NCBI RefSeq assembly: GCF_032444005.1
Contig: NC_091285.1
Coordinates: 10,292,001-10,356,000, forward strand
From: Ranitomeya imitator
Lineage: Eukaryota
Length of the DNA stretch: 64,000 bases
Direction of reading: 5' to 3'
A model generated the notes under the pieces. It saw only the letters and a list, made by a program, of their open reading frames with translations, had not been told where the DNA came from and made no database searches. A program made the position numbers and the translations under genes. Positions 13,864 to 23,868 of this stretch are shown piece after piece. Positions within the stretch are counted from its first letter, which is position 1. Each line of letters begins with the position of its first letter.

Positions 13864-16800
13864 TTTAGGGGGTCTGTATATATTTAGGAGTCTTGTCTGG
13901 GATCTATATTTGGTGGTCTGGTCAGTGGTCTGTATATATTTGCGGGTCTGGTCAGGGGTCTGTATATATTAGCAGGTCTGGTCTGAGGTCTGTATATATT
14001 TGGGGTTCGGGTCCGAGGTCAGTATATATTTGGGGTTCGGGTCCGAGGTCTGTATATATTTGGGGTTCGGGTCCGAGGTCTGTATATATTTGGGGTTCGG
14101 GTCCGAGGTCTGTATATATTTGGGGTTCGGGTCTGAGGTCTGTATATATTTGGGGGTCCGGTCTGAGGTCTGTATATATTTGGGGTTCGGGTCTGAGGTC
14201 TGTATATATTTGGGGTTCGGGTCTGTATATATTTGGGGTTCCGTTCTGAGGTCTGTATATATTTGAGGATCCGGTCTGTATATATTTGGGGTTCCGGTCT
14301 GAGGTCTGTATGTATTTGGGGTTCGGGTCTGAGGTCTGTATGTATTTGGGGTTCGGGTCTGAGGTCTGTATGTATTTGAGGTTCCGGTCTGAGGTCTGTA
14401 TATATTTGGGGTTCGGGTCTGAGGTCTGTATATATTTGGGGTTCCGGTCTGAGGTCTGTATATATTTGGGGTTCGGGTCTGAGGTCTGTATATATTTGGG
14501 GTTCGGGTCTGAGGTCTGTATATATTTGGGGTTCGGGTCTGAGGTCTGTATATATTTGGGGTTCGGGTCTGAGGTCTGTATATATTTGGGATTCGGGTCT
14601 GAGGTCTGTATATATTTGGGGTTCGGGTCTGAGGTCTGTATATACTTGGGGTTCGGGTCTGAGGTCTGTATATATTTGGGGTTCCGGTCTGAGGTCTGTA
14701 TATATTTGGGGTTCGGGTCTGAGGTCTGTATGTATTTGGGGTTCGGGTCTGAGGTCTGTATGTATTTGAGGTTCCGGTCTGAGGTCTGTATATATTTGGG
14801 GTTTGGGTCTGAGGTCTGTATATATTTGGGGTTCGGGTCTGAGTCTGTATATATTTGGGGTTCGGGTCTGAGGTCTGTATATATTTGGGGTTCCGGTCTG
14901 AGGTCTGTATATATTTGGGGTTCGGGTCTGAGGTCTGTATATATTTGGGGTTCCATTCTCAGGTCTGTATATATTTGAGGATCTGGTCTGTATATATTTG
15001 GGGGTCTGGTCTGTATATATTTGGGGGTCTAGTCTGTGGTCTGTATATATTTGGAGGGTCCGATCTGAGGTCTGTATATATTTGGAGGGTCCGGTCTGAG
15101 GTCTGTATATATTTGGGGCTCCGCTCTGGGGTCTGTATATATCTGGGGGTCCGGTCTGAGGTCTGTATATATTTGGGGTTCCGGTCTGAGGTCTGTATAT
15201 ATCTGGGGGTCCGGTCTGAGGTCTGTATATATTTGGGGTTCCGGTCTGAGGTCTGTATATATCTGGGGGTCCGGTCTGAGGTCTGTATATATTTGGGGTT
15301 CCGGTCTGAGGTCTGTATATATCTGGGGGTCCGGTCTGAGGTCTGTATATATCTGGGGGTCCGGTCTGGGGTCTGTATATATCTGGGGGTCCGGTCTGAG
15401 GTCTGTATATATTTGGGGTTCCGGTCTGAGGTCTGTATATATCTGGGGGTCCGGTCTGAGGTCTGTATATATTTGGGGTTCCGGTCTGAGGTCTGTATAT
15501 ATCTGGGGGTCCGGTCTGGGGTCTGTATATATTTGGGGTTCCGGTCTGAGGTCTGTATATATCTGGGGGTCCGGTCTGGGGTCTGTATATATCTGGGGGT
15601 CCGGTCTGAGGTCTGTATATATTTGGGGTTCCGGTCTGAGGTCTGTATATATCTGGGGGTCCGGTCTGGGGTCTGCATATATCTGGGGGTCCGGTCTGGG
15701 GTCTGCATATATCTGGGGTTCCGGTCTGAGGTCTGTATATATTTGGGGGTCCGGTCTGGGGTCTGCATATATCTGGGGGTCCAGTCTGGGGTCTGCATAT
15801 ATCTGGGGTCTGTATATATCTGGGGTTCCGGTCTGAGGTCTGTATATATTTGGGGGTCCGGTCTGGGGTCTGCATATATCTGGGGGTCCGGTCTGGGGTC
15901 TGTATATATCTGGGGGTCCGGTCTGGGGTCTGTATATATCTGGGGTTCCGGTCTGAGGTCTGCATATATCTGGGGGTCCGGTCTGAGGTCTGTATATATC
16001 TGGGGGTCCGGTCTGGGGTCTGTATATATCTGGGGTTCCGGTCTGGGGTCTGTATATATCTGGGGTTCCGGTCTGAGGTCTGTATATATTTGGGGGTCCG
16101 GTCTGGGGTCTGCATATATCTGGGGGTCCGGTCTGGGGTCTGCATATATCTGGGGGTCCGGTCTGGGGTCTGTATATATTTGGGGTTCCGGTCTGAGGTC
16201 TGTATATATCTGGGGGTCCGGTCTGGGGTCTGTATATATCTGGGGTTCCGGTCTGAGGTCTGTATATATCTGGGGGTCCGGTCTGGGGTCTGTATATATC
16301 TGGGGTTCCGGTCTGAGGTCTGTATATATTTGGGGTTCCGGTCTGAGGTCTGTATATATTTGGGGGTCCGGTCTGGGGTCTGTATATATTTGGGGTTCCG
16401 GTCTGAGGTCTGTATATATCTGGGGGTCCGGTCTGGGGTCTGCATATATCTGGGGTTCCGGTCTGAGGTCTGTATATATTTGGGGGTCCGGTCTGGGGTC
16501 TGCATATATCTGGGGGTCCGGTCTGAGGTCTGTATATATCTGGGGGTCCGGTCTGAGGTCTGTATATATTTGGGGTTCCGGTCTGAGGTCTGTATATATC
16601 TGGGGGTCCGGTCTGGGGTCTGCATATATCTGGGGGTCCGGTCTGGGGTCTGTATATATCTGGGGTTCCGGTCTGAGGTCTGTATATATCTGGGGTCTGT
16701 ATATATCTGGGAATCCGGTCTGGGGTCTGTATATATCTGGGGGTCCGGTCTGGGGTCTGTATATATCTGGGGTTCCGGTCTGAGGTCTGTATATATCTGG

Positions 16801-17900
16801 GGTTCCGGTCTGAGGTCTGTATATATTTGGGGGTCCGGTCTGGGGTCTGCATATATCTGGGGGTCCAGTCTGGGGTCTGCATATATCTGGGGGTTCCGGT
16901 CTGGGGTCTGTATATATCTGGGGTTCCGGTCTGAGGTCTGTATATATCTGGGGGTCCGGTCTGGGGTCTGTATATATCTGGGGGTCCGGTCTGGGGTCTG
17001 CATATATCTGGGGGTCCAGTCTGGGGTCTGCATATATCTGGGGGTTCCGGTCTGGGGTCTGTATATATCTGGGGTTCCGGTCTGAGGTCTGTATATATCT
17101 GGGGGTCCGGTCTGGGGTCTGTATATATCTGGGGTTCCGGTCTGAGGTCTGTATATATCTGGGGGTCCGGTCTGGGGTCTGTATATATCTGGGGTTCCGG
17201 TCTGAGGTCTGTATATATTTGGGGTTCCGGTCTGGGGTCTGTATATATCTGGGGTTCCGGTCTGAGGTCTGTATATATTTGGGGTTCCGGTCTGAGGTCT
17301 GTATATATCTGGGGGTCCGGTCTGGGGTCTGTATATATCTGGGGGTCCGGTCTGGGGTCTGTATATATCTGGGGGTCCGGTCTGGGGTCTGTATATATCT
17401 GGGGTTCCGGTCTGAGGTCTGTATATATCTGGGGGTCCGGTCTGGGGTCTGTATATATCTGGGGGTCCGGTCTGGGGTCTGTATATATCTGGGGTTCCGG
17501 TCTGAGGTCTGTATATATCTGGGGTTCCGGTCTGAGGTCTGTATATATCTGGGGGTCCGGTCTGGGGTCTGTATATATCTGGGGTTCCGGTCTGGGGTCT
17601 GTATATATCTGGGGTTCCGGTCTGAGGTCTGTATATATTTGGGGGTCCGGTCTGGGGTCTGCATATATCTGGGGGTCCAGTCTGGGGTCTGTATATATCT
17701 GGGGGTCCGGTCTGGGGTATGTATATATTTGGGGTTCCGGTCTGAGGTCTGTATATATCTGGGGGTCCGGTCTGGGGTCTGTATATATCTGGGGGTCCGG
17801 TCTGGGGTCTGTATATATTTGGTGGGTCCGGTTTGAGGTCTGTATTTATTTGGGGGTCCAGTGTGCATATATTTAGGGGGTCCAATCTGGGGTCTGTATT
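13864..17900. repeat. 30-bp G-rich minisatellite, about 4 kb (about 130 units), DDX11 intron 1
   Basis: Unit TGGGG(G/T)TCCGGTCTG(A/G)GGTCTGTATATAT(T/C); variants cluster in blocks. Confidence 0.97.
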
Positions 17901-18077
17901 ATATGGGCGGGGCATACAAACATTTGCATACACTGACAACTCTGAGATCCGGTGCAATAAGCCCATTGCCTTTGTGGTTGCTATGGGTTACAGCCCCTTC
18001 CCCCTGTTATCCCGATGTCACTGACCTCTCACTAATGCTCGGCTGTTATTATCCCGATATTGACGATAGTCACTCAC

Positions 18078-18135
18078 GGTCACCGCCGATAATACCCAGC
18101 AGGCTCCACGACATAAGCACAATCTCCCGCGCTCC
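18078..18135 (-). other. DDX11: Probable non-coding exon 1 of DDX11 (5' boundary approximate)
   Basis: Exon 2 begins at an acceptor, so an upstream exon is required. A consensus donor ACC|GTGAGT sits at 18078/18077, directly below a CpG-rich CCAAT cluster. Confidence 0.6.
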
Positions 18136-18430
18136 CGATTAGCCAATCACAGGACACCAAGGAGCGACGTCACCCGCCCAACACTACAGGCTCAGCCAAT
18201 GCGCGAGAGGAGTCCGTCACGAGCGCTAGTATCCAATCATACGCGACAGAATGACGGTAGCCAATGAATGAGCAGCGCGCAGCTTCGTGACGTCATTGTT
18301 GCTATGTCAGTGAAATCCTTATGTATATAGTGGCTGCCGGGTTGCGTGAGTGTTGCCAATAGCGACCAATCATAGCGCAGCTTTCATATCATATTGTGCT
18401 CTTGATAAGTGAAAGCTGCGCTGTGATTGG
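18120..18430 (-). promoter_or_regulatory. DDX11 promoter: CCAAT (NF-Y) box cluster, CRE, GC box, E2F-like site
   Basis: CCAAT at 18143, 18196, 18233, 18261, 18356, 18366 and ATTGG at 18426; TGACGTCA 18288-18295; TCTCCCGC 18123-18130 (one mismatch to TTTSSCGC); locally CpG-rich. Typical layout for a cell-cycle gene promoter. Confidence 0.7.
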
Positions 18431-18479
18431 CTGTTATACAGTTTTCATATCTTTTTAACCCCTTCCCTCCGGAGATGAT

Positions 18480-21400
18480 TTTTATTTCTCAGGTGCCTCA
18501 TTGAGGCACACTGGATACCACAGGTGTACGCTGCTGCCACCAGGAGGCTGACATTAAGAATTACACTTCAATAAATTTGTTTAGTGTCATGTAGGAGGCA
18601 GACACAGCCCCGAGGCCCAGACCGCTCTCTGCCTGTGGTGTTTTGTGTTGTTTACTATGTTTTTTTCCTTTAGATGAGGGTAATGACATCTCTCTGGCAG
18701 TGACATAAGGCGGCGAGCACAGTCCGGCCATATCCTCTTTCTACTGGATAGCGGTCAGCATTCAGATACTGGTGCGGACAGTTCTTGCCCCTTGTCTCCT
18801 GCCCACTCGTCCCCCCCAGAGTGTGGTGTGGAGCGAAGAGGGTCTGAGGTCTCGCCTCTTCAGGAAGGCGGATGTAGCTCCTTCCTTGCGTTCCGCTGCG
18901 TTCCGCAGGTTCACCATGGTTTTTTTCATTTCGGGCCCTTTGTCTTTTTTCCTGGTCTCTTTCTGGCGCCATCAAGCAGCCTCCTCTGTCCCTGTCGGAG
19001 CCAGATCTCTTCTTTTGGTCCTGGCTTCTGCTGCAGCGTATCCGGCTCTTTCATGACTCTCCATCGCCTCTGCTGGGACTAAGCCTCTAATTTAGGCTCT
19101 GAAAGGCTCCTCCATGGCTCCTTGGCGTTCCCACTGGAGCTGGGCCACGTCCTACACTTAAGCCCGTGCCCGCCCCTTCCTTTCTCCTTGGGCGCCGCCA
19201 TCCTCCCTGTCCGCTCAGTTCCCGATTCATGCAGCCTCAGCGTGCTCCCCAGCGATGGCGCGGACATCCTCTGCTCCAGGTCCTCCTTGATAAGAGGGAT
19301 TCCCCCAAATCTGCCCCTACTGAACCAACGCTTGCTATATCCCAACAGCACCCGCTACCTCCTATAGAGTCACAGGGGTCGACGGGCACCCCAGGTCCGC
19401 TATCAGAAACCGCATGGACCAGAGATCTTTGCGCCGAACACCCGCTCTCCCTTTAACATTGGCAGAACACTATTCAGACAGCACAGGGTGAGGGATAAAC
19501 AGTGTGACAATGCTTTATTGAACCACAAAACAGGAAGATATCACGTAGAAAAGTCCCAACAAAATTCCCCAAGATGGTGGACATTTCAGAGTTTCATCCT
19601 TCCGCTGGCCCGCTGGGATAATGGCAGCTGTTACTTCAGAGTTCCCAGGATCAACTACCCCACCTGTAGCATGCACAGAGTGAAGGTATCGACAAGCTTA
19701 GGAAGCTGACAGTCCATTCAGGTACAAGGCCAGTTGACCAGAGGGTCACAACCTGGCTTCATCTTCCAGGGTTGACTACTCCACATGTGGTATGCATAGA
19801 GAGGAGGTAACGACAAGCTTAGGAAGATGACAACCCATTGCGGTACAAAGCCAGTAGACCTATGAGTCACAACCTGGCTTCTCTGAACATCTCCATGTAG
19901 CCAAGCGACTGGTGGGTCCCAATCCTGGCTTCCTCTAAACGTATCCATGGTTCAGCAATGCTCAATGGAGCAGATCTGTATTTTTCCAACCACAACCAAG
20001 GTACTCTAGGTTGTTTCCTGTAGAATGATAGATCCGCATCTCTCGTGATGGGGCCATGAAATACTGGCAGCAATCCTCTAGGATTCCCTGGATGTTTGGA
20101 TGTCTTGGCAGAATCTCTGGCTCTCTCTTAGCCTCTCTGTCTCTCAGAGGCATATCACCTCTTTTTATGTTTAACCAGTGTCCATCAGTCCATCATCACA
20201 GATAAGGGGAAGAATGGTGACGACCAAGTCACCTTGTTTGATTATGTAATCTATTTGTATAGATTTTCCTTCTCTATTTTAAAAATCAACAAACTACCTG
20301 GGCTACCCAATGCATAATTAGCATATCACTAGTCATCAAGGATAAGAGCAAAATATGTTATATCAAATATCAGCTTACAAGTCAATATTACAGGCTTACA
20401 CAAACAAAAGTCTGTTTTCTTGACCAGCCAGAAAGAAATGCTTAAATTCAAAAGCCAACATATAGATAACAGTCTATTCTTCTAGGTTTGATAAAAACAG
20501 ACGCCGGGTTAATTAAGATACAATGCTGTGTCTCCACTCCCCCCTACTGGCATCAGCTCTGTTCCTCTCAAAGAGAACCATGCACTCAAGCCCATCTCCC
20601 TGGTCACCATTTTGCCTGCGCCCTACGTTGGGCCTACCACTCCGACCTGCGCTGCTTGCTCTCACATGGCTTCCCTCTTGCTCCGGCTCAGAAGTCCCCC
20701 ACAGCCTGCGATGAGAGTGCCCCTCTACTTCATGGGCTGTTACTGTGCCCCAACCAGTGCCCAAACTGATCAGATATCCAAGACCTTTGTCAAAGTTATG
20801 GAGCAACTACCTATGCCGACAACCGCCCCAGTATTCTGACCACTACCCAGATTGAGTTGGGCCCACTAGCTACTCTGCACCCACTTGGCAGAGCGAGTCA
20901 GCGGTCTGACGGGCCTCGAGAGATTTCATGGTCTCGTCTCCAGCAAAGATGTTGTCCTTCAGAAGAGTTGTTAGATGCAGCCAGCTCTTCCCTCTCCTAG
21001 TGTATCCTCACCCACCCCCTGCAGACTGTGAGCCCTCGCGGGCAGGGTCCTCCCTCCTTATGTACTCGTGTGCCTTGTTATCTGCTCATGTTTAATGTAT
21101 TTGTCTATATTTGCCCCGTATTCACATGTAAAGCGCCATGGAATAAATGGCGCTATAAAAATGTATAATAATAATAAAAAATAATAATAATGCTTCTTGA
21201 ACCTCACCAAGTTCAGCGAGGATCTAAGAGGTATTCGACAAGCACAAATGGACATTTCTGGCAAACAATGTAATGTGGAAAATTTTTGTTTCCTTTTTCC
21301 AGCGGATCTCGTCATGGCCTTTTCCTCCTCTCCCACTCTCTCCACTCATGGACTCCTGGATAAAACGTGTGGTATCCTTGACTAAGTCTGAGCTTGAAGC

Positions 21401-22000
21401 AGAAAGCTTGCCTTTTGCTGCCCCTTTGGTCGCCAAAGGCTGTTATTACCTGTCCAGAATTCTGATGCCAAGGCTCCTACAACTGTGATGTTGGATCTCG
21501 CAGAGCAGCTTGCCCTCACAGGTATTTTTGCTTTGTCTCGATTATTCTGCTCAGACCTAAAGCAACATTGTGGTGGTCCACCACATTCTTTGGCTCAGGT
21601 CAAGGATTGTGAACCCCCCCAACCAAAATATCCCCTACTAACCTTCTTGTCATACCTGGAGTTATGAGTTATTCGGATCAAAGGCTGAGGGCATGGGAAC
21701 ACGGCCTGCACCCCCTGCTGTGATCAGGTAATTGAAGCAGGTTATCTGATGGAGAGCAGACATGGAGTGTATACAGAGTAATTAACAAGTAGCTGACAGT
21801 ATTGGAAGGGCAAAGCGTGACTGTGTATGTCCTCGGTACCAAAAAGGAGCTAATCAATGAAATGTGAAGACATCTGCCCCGAAGGCAGCCGGCGTAACTC
21901 CATATCAGGAAGCATCACGTGACCATGGAAGTAGAATATTTTCCATAAAATCCAAGTTTCCAAGAATCCATGGATGTATCCATCATCGGGAGCCGATTCA
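18480..22000. mobile_element. Degraded retroelement debris (LTR/DIRS-like), family not resolved
   Basis: Broken ORFs; an imperfect direct repeat of about 75 bp (GACAAGCTTAGGAAG...GTCACAACCTGGCTTC) at about 19690 and 19810; minus-strand AATAAA near 19515; no intact diagnostic domain seen. Confidence 0.35.
20978..21190 (+). mobile_element. About 210-bp 3'-end copy of the same L2 as 5654-7027
   Basis: Identical by eye to 6830-7027, including stem-loop and (TAA)n tail. Confidence 0.93.
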
Positions 22001-22099
22001 CATGTGTGGATAAAATTGCAAAATTCTAGGCAGCAGGCGACCAACAGCAGCGCAACATCTCCCTGAATTATGGATGTACCACGTTCACGGAACGCTTGA

Positions 22100-22830
22100 A
22101 GGATGTTCGGTAAGATGACGCCATATTGTTTCTCTCAAAGGACCCAGATCAAAAATGAGGGTAAGCCTGGAAAAATTGAATCGAATCATCCGCCCTCCTC
22201 TGAAGGAGCGAGGGGTCTGGCGAGACCCTTTATAACCTGTCGCCTAAAAATCACACCAAAAATAAACCTTAGTGCCCAAATGGTGACACGGACTAGGACG
22301 CCCTACGTGTCCACTCGCACATCCCTACCTACCAGCGGACACCACCATGGGCTTCTGGTTATTCTCCAGCACCTGTACCTCTCATATATAAACCTTAGGC
22401 TCCTGATGAAGAACCAAAGGAGAAACGCGTCGAGGCAGAGGCATACAAGCATTGCACATCACAATGCATTGGATTGATAAGTAACATCTCCCTTTTCTAT
22501 CACGTGGTGTCCAACATCCCTTCCCCACTTATAGCCTAGCTGCTCATTGTCCAGTCCAGGCTACCTGTAGACACGTTAGTGCTGGGCCTACAGGGTAAGT
22601 GAGGGTCAGCCACCGAGGAGCGGGGGCCCCAAATATCAGGTTTAGGGTGCCATCTTGGTGTGTGTGAGGGGATAGTGGTGGTCTGTGGGAGTAGTTATGA
22701 CTGCATGTCACTTGACCTTTCAGCACAGTCACTTATAACATATAGTTTGCCTTTTTTTGTGTCACCATTTGTGCACTAAGGTTTCTTTTTGGTGTGATTT
22801 TAGAGTTTTTCAATTAAAATGTATTTTTAA
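22100..22830 (+). mobile_element. Penelope-like element terminal (pLTR) remnant with degenerate hammerhead motif
   Basis: CTGATGA...GAAACGCGTC at 22403-22431, then a T-rich end with ATTAAA near 22813; boundaries approximate. Confidence 0.45.
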
Positions 22831-23159
22831 GGGTTATTTGTTCGCACTGAGTCCCTTATTATTACTTGAGAATTGGGGGTCAGGCCAGAATGCAAGGAGG
22901 GTGACTATCAGGTGCTCGGGAAAGCTGGGTGACGTGTGCGAAAAGTGCGGATGTGAGAACGGGCTGTGGAGGTCGCTCAGCTTTCTCCGCTTTTCTTCCG
23001 ATCTCGTCTTTGGTTCCCGGCCGTCCCTCACTGTGCACATTTGTTACTTTGATCGTCTGCAGCGCTGCATTCTGCATTAATCGGTGTCATGGCTACAAGA
23101 TTGTTATGTTGTTTCTCTTACAGAATGCAATGTATCACACAAGGGGGAGGGGTCTGACT

Positions 23160-23240
23160 GTGACCCCGCCTCTGCATGATGTCACAGCCATAGGCTCCTC
23201 CTCTCCCCGGTAGAAGTTTCTAGCAGATCTGGAAGTTTCC
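23160..23240 (+). promoter_or_regulatory. Probable FKBP4 proximal promoter: GC box, CRE-like site, heat-shock-element-like repeats
   Basis: CCCCGCCT at 23164; TGATGTCA at about 23177; GAAgtTTCtaGcA 23213-23225 and a second GAAgtTTC 23232-23239. Confidence 0.55.
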
Positions 23241-23331
23241 TCCTCCTCTTCCTTTGCAGCCAGTGCTGGGGGCGGTGAGCAGGGGGAGCTGCTCTGTGGC
23301 CTGCAGATCCAGAGACAGAGCACACTGCCTG

Positions 23332-23750
23332 CTGCAGAGCATTGCACTCCCTGATCACCTGGTGCTGCAGAGCATTGCACTCCCTGATCACCTGGTGCTG
23401 CAGAGCATTGCACTCCCTGATCACCTGGTGCTGCAGAGCATTGCACTCCCTGATCACCTGGTGCTGCAGAGCATTGCACTCCTAGGTCACTTGGTGCTGC
23501 AGAGCATTGCACTCCCAGGTCACCTGGTGCTGCAGAGCATTGCACTCCCAGGTCACCTGGTGCTGCAGAGCATTGCACTCCTAGGTCCTGGGCTGCAGAG
23601 CATTGCACTCCCAGGTCACCTGGTGCTGCAGAGCATTGCACTCCTAGGTCCTGGTCTGCAGAGCATTGCACTCCCTGATCACCTGGTCTGCAGAGCATTG
23701 CACTCCCTGGTCTGCAGAGCATTGCACTCCCAGGTCTCCGGGCTGCAGAG
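23332..23750 (+). repeat. 33-bp minisatellite (about 14 units, some 24-32 bp) between the FKBP4 promoter motifs and the ATG
   Basis: Unit CTGCAGAGCATTGCACTCCCTGATCACCTGGTG. Confidence 0.95.
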
Positions 23751-23775
23751 TGTCGCACCTCTGGGCTTTTGCACT

Positions 23776-23868
23776 ATGACAGCAGAGGAGATGATGGAGC
23801 AGGAAGTCCAGGACACCAGCATGGAGGAAATAGACATCAGCCCCAAAGGGGATCAGGGGGTCCTGAAG
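23776..23868 (+). CDS. FKBP4: FKBP4 exon 1 (coding part)
   Basis: [31 protein letters not shown]|gtaagt. Confidence 0.95.

Noticed and set aside
13893-17966. Very long ORFs (up to 1315 aa) of PQIYTDL/YIQTPD repeats
   Set aside because: Translation of a 30-bp minisatellite lacking stops in several frames; intronic, no splice or start context.
21190-21700. Possible DIRS/Ngaro tyrosine-recombinase remnant
   Set aside because: Only vague resemblance across frameshifts, no catalytic motif readable; left as unresolved debris.
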